64,000 bases of DNA from an uncultured Gammaproteobacteria bacterium (GTDB taxonomy: Bacteria; Patescibacteriota; Patescibacteriia; Magasanikbacterales; GWA2-37-8), in NCBI GenBank assembly GCA_964496095.1, contig CAZBWU010000001.1, positions 48,617-112,616 of the forward strand. Direction: 5' to 3'. Of this stretch, positions 28,136 to 37,734 are shown one piece after another. Position numbers and translations under genes: made by a program. Within the stretch, counting starts at the first letter, position 1; each line of letters begins with the position of its first letter. The notes below the pieces were generated by a model. The model saw nothing but the letters and a program-made list of their open reading frames with translations, was not told where the DNA came from and searched no databases.

Positions 28136-28801
28136 TTAAAGACTTTTAGAAATTTCGGCCCAGATTTTTTGATGAATAATCTCAGGAGATTGTATTATTT
28201 TATTTTCTTCACATTCTATAAGTTTAAATTCGGGAAAGGTAGTAGCAATATTAATATAAGCTTCCTCGGCATTTTTTAAATGTAGTAGATCGTCTTCGTG
28301 GATGTCTCTTTTTTTACCGTGTAGATATTCTCGTGCTTCTTTTTTGTCTATTAAGGACTGAGATGTTTCAGGGGAGACATGCAGAATGATATTGACATTT
28401 GGTTTGGGAATTTGAAAAATATTGTATTCTAAATCATACACCCAATCAAAAAATTTTTTTCTTTCAGTTAAGTCCTGGATCTTTCCGCCTTGGTGGCCCA
28501 TGTTGGAACCAACGTAACGATTGGCAATAACAATATAGCCTTCACTAAGCCAGGTCTTTATTTGTTGGCTGGCTGCGTATCTGTCTACAGCATAAAAAAT
28601 TGAGGCACGGTATGGGCCAACTTCTTCAGATGATCCAAATTTGCCATTTAGATAGTCTTCTATGACCGCAGCGCTTCTCTCTCCGTATCTAGGGAAGCTA
28701 ATCTGTTGGACAGGTTTTTTTTCATCAGTAAGATGTTTGACTAGCATTTCTGTTTGTAGGCTTTTACCAGAGCCGTCTGTGCCTTCAATCATGATGAACA
28801 T
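28136..28801 (-). CDS. tmk: Thymidylate kinase
   Basis: P-loop MIEGTDGSGKS at the N-terminus and the DRY motif. Adjacent to the thyX-like gene. Confidence 0.65.
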   Translation of the reverse strand: MFIMIEGTDGSGKSLQTEMLVKHLTDEKKPVQQISFPRYGERSAAVIEDYLNGKFGSSEEVGPYRASIFYAVDRYAASQQIKTWLSEGYIVIANRYVGSNMGHQGGKIQDLTERKKFFDWVYDLEYNIFQIPKPNVNIILHVSPETSQSLIDKKEAREYLHGKKRDIHEDDLLHLKNAEEAYINIATTFPEFKLIECEENKIIQSPEIIHQKIWAEISKSL

Positions 28802-28810
28802 AACGAGAAG

Positions 28811-30439
28811 TTAGGATTGTTTTGAATATTTTTCTTCGAGAAGTTTTTCTTTGACTCGTTGTCTGGCTTCACTATCACCACGAGCGCTATCGTAGGCATT
28901 ATGATCTACAAAATTCATTATCTCGGCGCGCCAAGGGTCGATTTTTTTGATTTCATTGTGGATTTGTTGGCACAACTTTCTATACTGAGGGTGTCCTTGT
29001 TTGGTCGTGCGTAGCTCAAGCATATGCATCGCTTCACGATCATTGAAGCCCATTACCCAGCGTACACGAGTGCCGTGTAGAGATACATAGGATGCTACCT
29101 CTCCCAAATCCTCATAAATTTCATTATACAATTCTAAAACTTTTTCATGGCATTGCATAATACGGTCGGCATGACCAGCGTCTTGTAGATCTTGAGGAAC
29201 CACCATACCCATGCGAGGACTAAAAGTTTGGCGCATTTGGGTATTCATCCGGTGGCGCATCAAATCTTTGTAAGTGCCAAAATCAGCACACAAGTCTACT
29301 GTATAAGCATAACCGCTTTCTAGAGCTCTGCCAGGACGATCGCGACGAGTCTGTCTGTCGCCAACGTACATTTTCTTGATGAGTTGTTGGGTATCTTTAT
29401 CCATTTCTTTTACAATTTCGTAAAGTTGCATTAGAGGTAAGTTGCTATAGGCATAAAGCATATTTGCAATCAGGTATTCTTCGGTATGGATTAATTCCCA
29501 AGGCACAATAGCGACGGATAAATTTTCTTTAGCAATAATACCTGATAATAATTTGTTGGCCAAATCCTTCATGCTTTTTTCAATTGCAATGTTGTAATCT
29601 TTTTTCTTTGCTCTATGTACGTACTCGGGCATTATTTTTGAAAGTTCAGTAAACAAATTTTTACCGATTTGTTCTACTTCAGGGTAAGGGGTGCTTAAGA
29701 GGTGAGAGATGAGCATTTGGAAATAACGGCCATTACCGAACATGCCCACATTTGTTTTTGTGCTTAAAGGTAGTAGGCACCGCAAAGTATCACAAGCCTT
29801 AGTTTTTTGATCAATTTTGTGGGTAGTCCTAAAAGCTTTTTGGTCTTTTTCTTCAGTTAAATCTGCAAGTTTTTGTTTATTGCCAGTGCCCAGAATGTCG
29901 TATTCGGCTTTTTCTAAAGGGAATAATTCTTGATAAAAATTTTGCATTGGTTCTATTAATTCTTTGTAGGTATCAAAAACATAATCCATAGTTTGGATAT
30001 ATTTCTCAGCGTGTTTGGAAGCCATTATTTTTGGTTCACGGACATATTTATATAGACCGTCTTGATCTTTTTCGTCAAAAAATACATAGCGAGTCGATTT
30101 TTCAATAGGGGAGCCGCCAATGCGTCTGTCTTCGATTTCTTTGGTAGATAGTACGGAGATGTTTTCAAAAGAAACGTGGGAACCTTCAAGTTCTCCAACA
30201 GAATCATCGCCATAAGCCACGAGCACGCGTTCGATAAGTTCGTGAACATGTTCTAAATCAACCACACCATCTTTAACAAATTCTTTTAGTAGTATTTCTT
30301 GAAAACCAGTTTTAATACGACTGTATCTGGCGTAAATAGCGCCAGCAATGCCGGTTAAGTTTTTAACGGCAAAAACATTGCCACCAACGTTGGTTACATA
30401 TGATTCTAAAATCTTTTTTTCTTCATCATTAAATGCCAT
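28811..30439 (-). CDS. thyX: Flavin-dependent thymidylate synthase ThyX-like (long form)
   Basis: RHR-type segment (LMRHRMNTQMRQTFSPR) and context between tmk and dut/dCMP deaminase. The 542-aa length is unusual and suggests a duplicated or extended ThyX fold. Confidence 0.5.
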   Translation of the reverse strand: MAFNDEEKKILESYVTNVGGNVFAVKNLTGIAGAIYARYSRIKTGFQEILLKEFVKDGVVDLEHVHELIERVLVAYGDDSVGELEGSHVSFENISVLSTKEIEDRRIGGSPIEKSTRYVFFDEKDQDGLYKYVREPKIMASKHAEKYIQTMDYVFDTYKELIEPMQNFYQELFPLEKAEYDILGTGNKQKLADLTEEKDQKAFRTTHKIDQKTKACDTLRCLLPLSTKTNVGMFGNGRYFQMLISHLLSTPYPEVEQIGKNLFTELSKIMPEYVHRAKKKDYNIAIEKSMKDLANKLLSGIIAKENLSVAIVPWELIHTEEYLIANMLYAYSNLPLMQLYEIVKEMDKDTQQLIKKMYVGDRQTRRDRPGRALESGYAYTVDLCADFGTYKDLMRHRMNTQMRQTFSPRMGMVVPQDLQDAGHADRIMQCHEKVLELYNEIYEDLGEVASYVSLHGTRVRWVMGFNDREAMHMLELRTTKQGHPQYRKLCQQIHNEIKKIDPWRAEIMNFVDHNAYDSARGDSEARQRVKEKLLEEKYSKQS

Positions 30440-30502
30440 AGTTTATATTATTTATGTCCAAGTATGCACGCGAAAATTAATGATCCTATTTAAACTCGCG
30501 CT

Positions 30503-30841
30503 CTATTTTTGTAAAATTTTGCCGAATCTTTTCCTAAACCAACTTAACAAACCAGGTGTTTCTATGTTAAGGTTTTGAGCCTGACTCTGATCTGCACTAT
30601 TTAAACTATGGCCATTTTGTATAGTGGAAAGGGTATCCATTTTTTTTCTCAGGAATTCTAAAGTTTTCTCTGCGTTAAGCGGGGGTGCCTTATTAATAGG
30701 TGCTTGTCCTGATTCTTCTTGTATTCCAGGAAGTCTAGGTTCTTGAGCAAGTCCAGTTGTGACTCTTTTTTCATACATATCTCTCAATTGTTGAGGGCCT
30801 ACTTTAAGTGCCTCTGGTCCACTAACGCGTATATTGGCCAT
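30503..30841 (-). CDS. Hypothetical protein
   Basis: An ORF with a Gln/Pro-rich low-complexity composition. Confidence 0.3.
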   Translation of the reverse strand: MANIRVSGPEALKVGPQQLRDMYEKRVTTGLAQEPRLPGIQEESGQAPINKAPPLNAEKTLEFLRKKMDTLSTIQNGHSLNSADQSQAQNLNIETPGLLSWFRKRFGKILQK

Positions 30842-30854
30842 ACTAAAAAATAGC

Positions 30855-31055
30855 TTAATCTTCTCTGACTTCTTCTAAATCAGCATCATCTAATTCTTGA
30901 GTTTCTTCAGCTTGGTTTCCTGTTAAGCTTTCGCCACCTTGATTTTGTGAATCCGCCGGTTGTGTTTCTGAACCGGCGTTGCCTTCTTGTTTAGCCCTGA
31001 GCCAATTCTTGGCTTGGTCTATATCTCCGATGAGTGGATGAGGTCTTTCTCCCAT
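30855..31055 (-). CDS. Small acidic hypothetical protein
   Basis: 66 aa with a highly acidic C-terminus. Confidence 0.3.
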   Translation of the reverse strand: MGERPHPLIGDIDQAKNWLRAKQEGNAGSETQPADSQNQGGESLTGNQAEETQELDDADLEEVRED

Positions 31056-31087
31056 ACATTTAAATTTAAAAATTAAATAAATTATAT

Positions 31088-31519
31088 TTAAGCCCCCGTA
31101 CTTCCAAATCCGCCGCGACTGTCGGCGTTCATCTCACTTACTTCTTCCCATTCACTTTTGTCTATGCGGACAAAGACAGCTTGGCCGATGCGTTCGCCTT
31201 TGGCAACACTTACTTCTTGATCGGTAAAATTGTAAAATTGCATCATTACCTCATCTTTTTCTCCACAATAATCTCTATCAACTATACCAATTCCATGTGG
31301 TATGAGCAAGCCTTTTTTTTTGGGTGTGCTAGAGCGACTAGATACCATAAGCATATAACCTGGAGGTGTTTCGATAACGACGTTAGCAGGTATTAACCCC
31401 AGTGTTTTTGGCGCTATTGTCATATCTATGCGACTAGTAAGATCAAAAGCAACCGCCCCGGAAGTTTGATATTCGGGCAAGGGGAGAGAGGTATCTATTC
31501 TTTTGATTTTTACTTTCAT
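31088..31519 (-). CDS. dut: dUTP diphosphatase
   Basis: GAVAFDL, PKKKGLLIPHGIGIVDRDY (trimeric dUTPase motif 3) and a C-terminal Gly-rich motif 5 (RGGFGSTG). Confidence 0.85.
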   Translation of the reverse strand: MKVKIKRIDTSLPLPEYQTSGAVAFDLTSRIDMTIAPKTLGLIPANVVIETPPGYMLMVSSRSSTPKKKGLLIPHGIGIVDRDYCGEKDEVMMQFYNFTDQEVSVAKGERIGQAVFVRIDKSEWEEVSEMNADSRGGFGSTGA

Positions 31520-31567
31520 GGTATGTAGATTACACTGATTTACAGTAAGGATTGCGCAGATTGCCAG

Positions 31568-32131
31568 TTATTTATTTTTAATTTGTTCCAAAATATTTTC
31601 CATATTCAAATAAAATTCTTCCCTGGTGCCATTATTTGTCAGGGTATATTCAGCTTTTTGTCCGAGTTCTTTGATAAGCATATCTGCCTCGGCTTGTTCG
31701 TCTTTCAAAAACTGTTCAAAAGTTTTGTCTGCTTCATCTGGGTTTTCTTTGCGCAAAACCATTCTTTCCCAGCGTGTTTTTGGATCAGCGGTTATGTAAA
31801 TCAGATGAAAACCTTCTAATTCTTTTAAATAAGTAATATCGGTTGGACGGCGGATGCCCTCTACTGCCACGATATCATTTTTGTCAGCCAAAACATCTTT
31901 AACAATGACTTTGCTCATTATATCTTGACCATAGCGACTACGTAAAAAAGTAGAAAGATCTTGTAAATTTTCTCGAGTTTTTTCGGCGTAGATTCGGTCA
32001 AGAATATCTCGTAACATGGTTGAGAATCTGTAAGATGTGACGCCGTATTTTTCTTTGAGGTATTGGCAGATGGTGCCTTTACCACCAGCTAAATCTCCGA
32101 CAAAACCCAGGATAATTTTATTGGTTTGCAT
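31568..32131 (-). CDS. P-loop nucleoside/nucleotide kinase (dNK/dephospho-CoA kinase-like)
   Basis: Walker A GDLAGGKGT. 187 aa. Embedded in the dNTP cluster. Specificity unknown. Confidence 0.5.
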   Translation of the reverse strand: MQTNKIILGFVGDLAGGKGTICQYLKEKYGVTSYRFSTMLRDILDRIYAEKTRENLQDLSTFLRSRYGQDIMSKVIVKDVLADKNDIVAVEGIRRPTDITYLKELEGFHLIYITADPKTRWERMVLRKENPDEADKTFEQFLKDEQAEADMLIKELGQKAEYTLTNNGTREEFYLNMENILEQIKNK

Positions 32132-32621
32132 ATTTTTCTACTTCTGGAGAAAGTATAACTACTTCTACTCCTCCGGCGCGCAAGGTTTCTTCATCACCTG
32201 CGTGGTATTTTTTTGTACATACCACACGTTTGATTCCAACACTAACAATTGCTTTTGCGCAATTTGAACAAGGGGTATACTGAACGTAAACAGTACCGCC
32301 ATCAAGCGCAATACCTCGTTTTGCCGCTTGGCAGATGGCATTTATTTCCATATGAATAGTACGCATGCAATGTTGGCTTTGATGTCCATCTTCATGTATA
32401 ACGGTTTTCATTAGATGACCCACATCATCACAATGAGGTTGTCCTGGTGGGGAGCCGACATAACCGGTAGCTAGAATGTTTTTATCTTTTACAATTACAC
32501 AACCATGATGTTCTCGGCCCCGGTCACAGGTAGAGCGTTTGGCCACAGAGTGACAGATTTCCATAAAATATTCATCCCAAGTTGGCCTGACATATGGCTG
32601 TGTAGAAGTATTATCGGACAT
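32118..32621 (-). CDS. dCMP deaminase (cytidine/deoxycytidylate deaminase family)
   Basis: Zinc motifs HMEINAI (H-x-E) and PCSNC (PCxxC). Confidence 0.8.
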   Translation of the reverse strand: MSDNTSTQPYVRPTWDEYFMEICHSVAKRSTCDRGREHHGCVIVKDKNILATGYVGSPPGQPHCDDVGHLMKTVIHEDGHQSQHCMRTIHMEINAICQAAKRGIALDGGTVYVQYTPCSNCAKAIVSVGIKRVVCTKKYHAGDEETLRAGGVEVVILSPEVEKYANQ

Positions 32622-32701
32622 ATTTTTAATTAAGAATTACTTTTAAAGTGTAACAAAAAACAAATGCCTTGGCAAATGTTTTTTAGGGTCTGAAAAGCCT
32701 G

Positions 32702-33775
32702 TTAATCCTGGGTCTGTTTACTGGTCGAGAGGTATTTTTCCGCTTCCAGAATAATTTTTTTGGCGACTGATAGCGTGTAGGCAGGGCGAGAACTGAGGGC
32801 GGTCTCATTGCACAACATAATACCGTCGGCGCCATCAAGAACAATATTGGTCAAATCCAAAATATCCGAACGCAAGGGGATATAGTTGTGAATTGTACCT
32901 TCTAGAATCTGAGAAGAAATAATTACTTGTTTTTTATATTTTTTAACTATTTTAATTGCTTCTTTTTGAAAAATACCCAAACGTTCAAATGGCATGTCTA
33001 GCCCCAACTTACCTCTATTGAGGATTATTAAATCATAGAAATCATCTTGGCAGATTTGTTCGAGGTTTTCCATAGCCACCCGACTTTCAATACGAGCAAT
33101 TATTTTTGGACGCCAACTAAACTCAGAGAGAGTTTTAATTTTATTGTTTATTGTTGGATTTATAAAAGGTATGGCCAAATATTCAGGAGAAATTTCTTCT
33201 AGTTTGGCTAAAACTTCCTTAAGATGATTAAGATATGTTTCGTTCTCAGTATTTTGGTGAATATGAATTGCAAGGGTAGATTGAACGATGCCTTCGTTGA
33301 GGAATCTAACTTTGACAGTTTCCTTGTTGATAATCTCAGTAATCTGTAAGGCGATTTTGCCTTGGTCTATAGTAGCGATTTGGTTTATATAGACATGGTT
33401 GCCTAGTTCGGGAAGGTGAACATAAATATATTCATCAGTTATAGGAGAAGTATTTTGATTGACGGTGTTATTATCTCGTGATGGTAAGAGGCAGGCTGGA
33501 TAGGCAGACTTTAATATAGCTTCTTCGTTTTCCAAAACGGTTCGCGGAATGTGCGGGCCTGCAAGACGGATTTGATCAGAAGGTAAATTGACGATTATTT
33601 TGGCCGAAGAGTTAAGTTCGTCTATGACACGCATGCTATCTTTTATACGTTCAATGGTATTTTCTAATGGTCCATAAGATAGGCTGTAGCGTAAAGCGTC
33701 AGCTCCGGCGAGGATAATTTTGCGAATTTTATTTTCGGAGAAATTATTCAGACCGACTGAGGCGATGATGAACAT
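32702..33775 (-). CDS. Pyruvate kinase-like protein (short, lacking the C-terminal regulatory domain)
   Basis: IIASVG...RYSLSYG resembles the PK TKIVCTIGP...NFSHG start. IIARIESRVAMENLEQI matches the KIEN region and MLCNETA matches MLSGETA. Only 357 aa. Confidence 0.5.
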   Translation of the reverse strand: MFIIASVGLNNFSENKIRKIILAGADALRYSLSYGPLENTIERIKDSMRVIDELNSSAKIIVNLPSDQIRLAGPHIPRTVLENEEAILKSAYPACLLPSRDNNTVNQNTSPITDEYIYVHLPELGNHVYINQIATIDQGKIALQITEIINKETVKVRFLNEGIVQSTLAIHIHQNTENETYLNHLKEVLAKLEEISPEYLAIPFINPTINNKIKTLSEFSWRPKIIARIESRVAMENLEQICQDDFYDLIILNRGKLGLDMPFERLGIFQKEAIKIVKKYKKQVIISSQILEGTIHNYIPLRSDILDLTNIVLDGADGIMLCNETALSSRPAYTLSVAKKIILEAEKYLSTSKQTQD

Positions 33776-33831
33776 AGGTTAGCTTTTTAGTTTGTAGCTG
33801 GTTAGCTTATTAGTATTTAATTTTTTTTCAT

Positions 33832-33917
33832 TGCCATCCTGAAGGGTTAACACCCTGAAGGATCTCTGCCTTAATCACCGTCGGACAGAGATTCTTCGCT
33901 TTGCTCAGAATGACAGG
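33832..33917. repeat. Short palindromic interspersed repeat units (same family as 10487-10648)
   Basis: gccatcctgaagggttaacaccctgaaggatctctgcc followed by an inverted unit gacagagattcttcgctttgctcagaatgacagg. Confidence 0.7.
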
Positions 33918-33954
33918 TAGTAATAAGTGTAGTGTACCTATATTTACCTGAAAA

Positions 33955-33986
33955 GCAAATCCCCCCGCGATTGCGGGGGGATTTGA
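33955..33986 (-). terminator. Rho-independent terminator of rplA
   Basis: Hairpin ATCCCCCCGC-gatt-GCGGGGGGAT followed by a T-run on the minus strand. Confidence 0.75.
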
Positions 33987-33999
33987 GAGTGAAGTTTGA

Positions 34000-34674
34000 T
34001 TAGGCTGAGATTTTGATAGATGGACTCATGGTAGAGCAGAGAACCACGTTTTTGAGGAAGGTACCTTTAGCTGTGGCAGGCTTGGCTTTGCGCAAGACTT
34101 CCAAGAAGGCATTGATATTTTCTTTTAGTTTCTCTTCGCCGAAGCTGATTTTGCCTACAGCTTGGTGAACATTTCCATTATCATCATTTTTGAAAGTCAC
34201 TTTACCAGTTTTGAGATCTTCAATCATCTTTTTTAGGTTGGTGCCTACAGTATCAGATTTTGGGTTAGGCATTAAACCTTTTGGACCCAAGACTCTCGCG
34301 ACAGAAGCCATTTTAGGCATCATATCTGGAGTGGTGATAGCGATCTCGAAGGCAATCTTACCTGTGTCTTTAATTTTTTTAATATCTTCTTCACCGTAAA
34401 CAAAGTCTGCGCCGGCATCCTTGGCTTCTTTTTCTCTTTCCGGAGCGACGAAAGCGGCAACAGTTTTGGTTTTACCGGTTCCGTGTGGCAAAACTACGGT
34501 CGCGCGAACTTGTTGTTCGGTTTTTTTGGTGTTAATACCCAAGTTGGCATGCACCTCTACGGTGGCGTCAAATTTAACACTAGAAACTTCTTTGAGAAGT
34601 TTTAAGGCTTCGTCCAAAGAGTATGATTTGTTTTTCTCCACCTTGGCCATGTTGGCCTTCATTTTTTTTGACAT
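34000..34674 (-). CDS. rplA: 50S ribosomal protein L1
   Basis: Typical bL1 sequence (VVLPHGTGKTKTVAAF, GPKGLMPNPK) and a 224-aa length. rplK is not adjacent. Confidence 0.9.
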   Translation of the reverse strand: MSKKMKANMAKVEKNKSYSLDEALKLLKEVSSVKFDATVEVHANLGINTKKTEQQVRATVVLPHGTGKTKTVAAFVAPEREKEAKDAGADFVYGEEDIKKIKDTGKIAFEIAITTPDMMPKMASVARVLGPKGLMPNPKSDTVGTNLKKMIEDLKTGKVTFKNDDNGNVHQAVGKISFGEEKLKENINAFLEVLRKAKPATAKGTFLKNVVLCSTMSPSIKISA

Positions 34675-34997
34675 AAAATATATGTTTAAAGTGGTGCAAA
34701 CCCCCGAGTGTTCGGGGTCCCACTAATGCTGAGCATCTTACATTATTAGACTGTTTTTGTCAATATCTATAGGTTTTAATGAGCAAAAAATTATTTTTTA
34801 CCTATACGGGGTCCTTTTAAAAAAGCTATTTACGGAACGATCTTCTTCGGAAAGGTGTTTTGTTTTTTTGCAAACTCTTGCCAACTATTACAGAGTGTAG
34901 TAGTATATAGGAATTAATTTTGTATTATATGGGTTGAAGCTCATAAATACTTGCGGGGTTAAATTAAGAACATTTAATTTAATTCTTTTATTTCATA

Positions 34998-35471
34998 TTG
35001 TGTATGAAAAATAAGTTAGGAGTATTGCTTACTTTAGGCGCTTTGGTAATTCTCGTTGGTGCTGGTTGCGCCAAAACCAATAGTCCGGCTGTGGAAGTAA
35101 AAGATGACAAGCAAGTAGAATCAAATGAAGTTCAGCCAACGACTAAAACAGAAGATGAAGCAAAACCAGCTACAGATAACACTGGTGCAATGGTAAAACC
35201 AGGGCAAGATACAACTGTGGTAGACACAGGTAGGTCAATGTTGACAGTAGCAGAAGTGGCAAAGCATAATGTGCCAGAAGATTGTTATATTATGGTTCGC
35301 ACATCTGTTTATGATGTGACCAAATTTACGGATAAGCACCCAGGAGGATCTGAAGCTATTATTCCTCTTTGTGGTAAAGATGCTACCACCGCATTTACAA
35401 AACAGCATGGTGGTCAAGATAAACCAGAAGGTGTTTTAACCGGCTTGAAGATTGGAGAATTGGCAAAATAA
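34998..35471 (+). CDS. Lipoprotein with a cytochrome b5-like heme-binding domain
   Basis: Lipobox LVGAGC after a signal peptide, then VAKHNVPEDCYIMVRTSVYDVTKFTDKHPGG, which matches the cyt-b5 heme-binding HPGG motif. Confidence 0.7.
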   Translation: MCMKNKLGVLLTLGALVILVGAGCAKTNSPAVEVKDDKQVESNEVQPTTKTEDEAKPATDNTGAMVKPGQDTTVVDTGRSMLTVAEVAKHNVPEDCYIMVRTSVYDVTKFTDKHPGGSEAIIPLCGKDATTAFTKQHGGQDKPEGVLTGLKIGELAK

Positions 35472-35485
35472 AAATTATATAATTA

Positions 35486-35518
35486 AAAACCCCACCCTTA
35501 CGAAGGGTGGGGTTTTTG
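35486..35518. terminator. Bidirectional rho-independent terminator
   Basis: CCCCACCC-ttacgaa-GGGTGGGG with flanking A and T runs, between convergent genes. Confidence 0.85.
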
Positions 35519-35520
35519 TT

Positions 35521-36084
35521 TTAAGTTTTAAGTAGGTGGGCAAAGGTTTTTTTGAGTTTAATTATTTTTGGGTCTATCACTATTTGGCAGTAGGGCTGGG
35601 TTTGATTGTTAGTATAATAATCTTGGTGATAGGCTTCGGCAGGATAAAATTTTTCTATAGGTAATACTTGAGTGACGATTGGTTTGGTAAAAGTTTGCTC
35701 AGCTGTTAGTTTTTGAATGTAGTTTTCAACTATTTGTTTTTGTTCGGGATTGGTAAAGAAAATTACAGAGCGGTATTGTGGGCCGCGGTCGTTGCCTTGC
35801 TGGTTGAGAGTGGTGGGGTCGTGGGAAGTAAAAAATACAGCCAGCAGTGTTTCAAGATCAATAATATCAGGGTTGTATTCAATTTTTACCACTTCGGCAT
35901 GGCCAGTTTTGCCAGTACAAATATCTTCATAAGTTGGATTTGGGAAATTGCCCCCAGTATATCCGGAAGTAACACCCTCTACGCCCTTGAGCATTTTAAA
36001 AACCGCTTCTATACACCAGAAACAACCTCCGCCGAAGATGATTGAGTGGGACATATATTTAAAGTTATTTTTGTAGTTTAGCAT
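35521..36084 (-). CDS. msrA: Peptide methionine sulfoxide reductase MsrA
   Basis: Active-site motif GGGCFWC. 187 aa. Confidence 0.9.
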   Translation of the reverse strand: MLNYKNNFKYMSHSIIFGGGCFWCIEAVFKMLKGVEGVTSGYTGGNFPNPTYEDICTGKTGHAEVVKIEYNPDIIDLETLLAVFFTSHDPTTLNQQGNDRGPQYRSVIFFTNPEQKQIVENYIQKLTAEQTFTKPIVTQVLPIEKFYPAEAYHQDYYTNNQTQPYCQIVIDPKIIKLKKTFAHLLKT

Positions 36085-36150
36085 AGCCGGGTAGGTTGCG
36101 CCATATGGAGTGTTGTAGTAGGATAAAGAAAGTTTAGCTTAATCTAAAGT

Positions 36151-37005
36151 ATGTTTTTGAGAAATTTAACGCAACAGAAATTAACTAAAATAGCGGTGGT
36201 ATGCGGGAGCACATTCGGCTCTCTGTTCGCTATGGGTTTGTTAGCGGGGGAAATCTTTAGTCTATTTCACAACCTCGATGCGCTTAATGATCCTTTTTTC
36301 CCTATTATATTTGTAGTTTTCCCTATTATGGGCATGCTCAGATTTATGGTCAGTTTCGCGTTTGCGTGGAGTCTGACTATTTTATTGGGCAAAGTTTTTT
36401 ATAAATCACATGATGATACTAAAATAAAACATATCATACTAGCACTGGTTGGTTTGGTGATGAGTGCCGTTATATTATATGTATATCTGGGTATAAAAAT
36501 ATTATCGGTTAGAATTAAACATGTCCGCAGCAATAGTCAGTTGGAACAGATAGCGAAAAGCCCGTTAGTTAAAATTAATGCGAAGTTTTATTTTTTTAAC
36601 AGTGGCGATTTGGCTAAATCAATTACTGAGCATCCGTATGTTTCTCCGGTTGCGCTTGAGAGGTTATGGCATATACACGATGAGTATGTAGATATATTGG
36701 TAGCTGGGAATACCAGCACGCCCCAGTATATATTAGAGAACCTTGGTGCGGCAGACGATATAAATACTAAGGAGCAATTAGCTAAAAATCCAAATACACC
36801 ACCCGCGGTCTTAGAGAGACTATATGTATACGCAGACCCTATTTTGATAGGCAGAGATAAAAGTAAGGATGGCAGGTTTGATTATGGAGTTAGTGTTGCC
36901 CGAGGAATTATACAAAATTTACTCAAAAACCCTTCTACTCCGAAATATATTTTGGAGAATATTAATAAGTCGTACGAACTATATTTTAAAGTCATACACT
37001 ATTAG
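36151..37005 (+). CDS. Membrane protein with C-terminal leucine-rich-repeat-variant-like repeats
   Basis: N-terminal TM helices, then repeated NP(N/S)TP..(I/V)LE.L units (NTSTPQYILENL, NPNTPPAVLERL, NPSTPKYILENI). Confidence 0.5.
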   Translation: MFLRNLTQQKLTKIAVVCGSTFGSLFAMGLLAGEIFSLFHNLDALNDPFFPIIFVVFPIMGMLRFMVSFAFAWSLTILLGKVFYKSHDDTKIKHIILALVGLVMSAVILYVYLGIKILSVRIKHVRSNSQLEQIAKSPLVKINAKFYFFNSGDLAKSITEHPYVSPVALERLWHIHDEYVDILVAGNTSTPQYILENLGAADDINTKEQLAKNPNTPPAVLERLYVYADPILIGRDKSKDGRFDYGVSVARGIIQNLLKNPSTPKYILENINKSYELYFKVIHY

Positions 37006-37029
37006 TTAGTTATCTTCTGAAGAAGAAAT

Positions 37030-37611
37030 TTATCTCGCATTTTTTAGCGCTCGCGCCCACCAAGAAAGCTGAGCAATCATTTTACTTGCTTGGTCTGTGG
37101 CTTTGGCAAACATATCGCTTGCTTCGGCTTTACCAAATAGAACAGGGAAAAATTCATTTCCAACAAAGTGTACCGCTTCACGCATTGGAGCCATTTGGAG
37201 CTCTACAGCCACGAGTCGTAATTGTTCTACGGCTCTAGCGCCACCGACACTGCCGTAGCTAACAAAAGCGACGGGTTTGTTGTTCCATTCTTGGTAGACC
37301 CAATCCATGGCGTTTTTGAGAACACCAGAGGTGCTGTGGTTGTATTCTGGGGTAACAATAACAAAGGCGTCGCCTTCGGCAATTTTGGCAGTAAATCTAG
37401 CTACAGCTTCATTCTTGTATGGTTCTGATTTGTAAGAAGGGCTTACTGGTTCGTTGAAGAAGGGCATTTCATAGTCTTGGAGGTCAACTATTTCTACTGA
37501 TAAGCCTTCGTGTTTTTTTAGTTCTTCAGCAATCCAAGTAGCTGGCTTATCACTAAAACGGCCAACGCGAGTACTGCCAACGATTACTTTGACGGAGATA
37601 CTTTCACTCAT
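37030..37611 (-). CDS. NAD(P)H-dependent FMN reductase (flavodoxin-like fold)
   Basis: KVIVGSTRVGRFS...DAFVIVTPEYNHSTSGVLKNAMDW is typical of the NADPH-dependent FMN reductase family. Confidence 0.8.
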   Translation of the reverse strand: MSESISVKVIVGSTRVGRFSDKPATWIAEELKKHEGLSVEIVDLQDYEMPFFNEPVSPSYKSEPYKNEAVARFTAKIAEGDAFVIVTPEYNHSTSGVLKNAMDWVYQEWNNKPVAFVSYGSVGGARAVEQLRLVAVELQMAPMREAVHFVGNEFFPVLFGKAEASDMFAKATDQASKMIAQLSWWARALKNAR

Positions 37612-37685
37612 ACATTTCTATGTTTAAGAATTAAATACTACGGAGTGTAGTATAGCAGGAAATAAAAAAAGCGCAAGTAAAACAA

Positions 37686-37716
37686 AAACCCCGGGCCGCA
37701 GTTGCGGCTCGGGGTT
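37686..37716 (-). terminator. Rho-independent terminator downstream of the small basic protein gene
   Basis: CCCCGAGCCGC-aac-TGCGGCCCGGGG followed by a T-run on the minus strand. Confidence 0.7.
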
Positions 37717-37734
37717 AGTCGTTTGAAGTCCCGT

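Noticed and set aside
34675-34760. L1-binding autoregulatory leader upstream of rplA
   Set aside because: A hairpin (CCCCGA-acac-TCGGGG) exists in the 5' UTR, but I cannot see the conserved L1-binding internal-loop motif. rplK is not adjacent, so the canonical L11-L1 leader context is absent.
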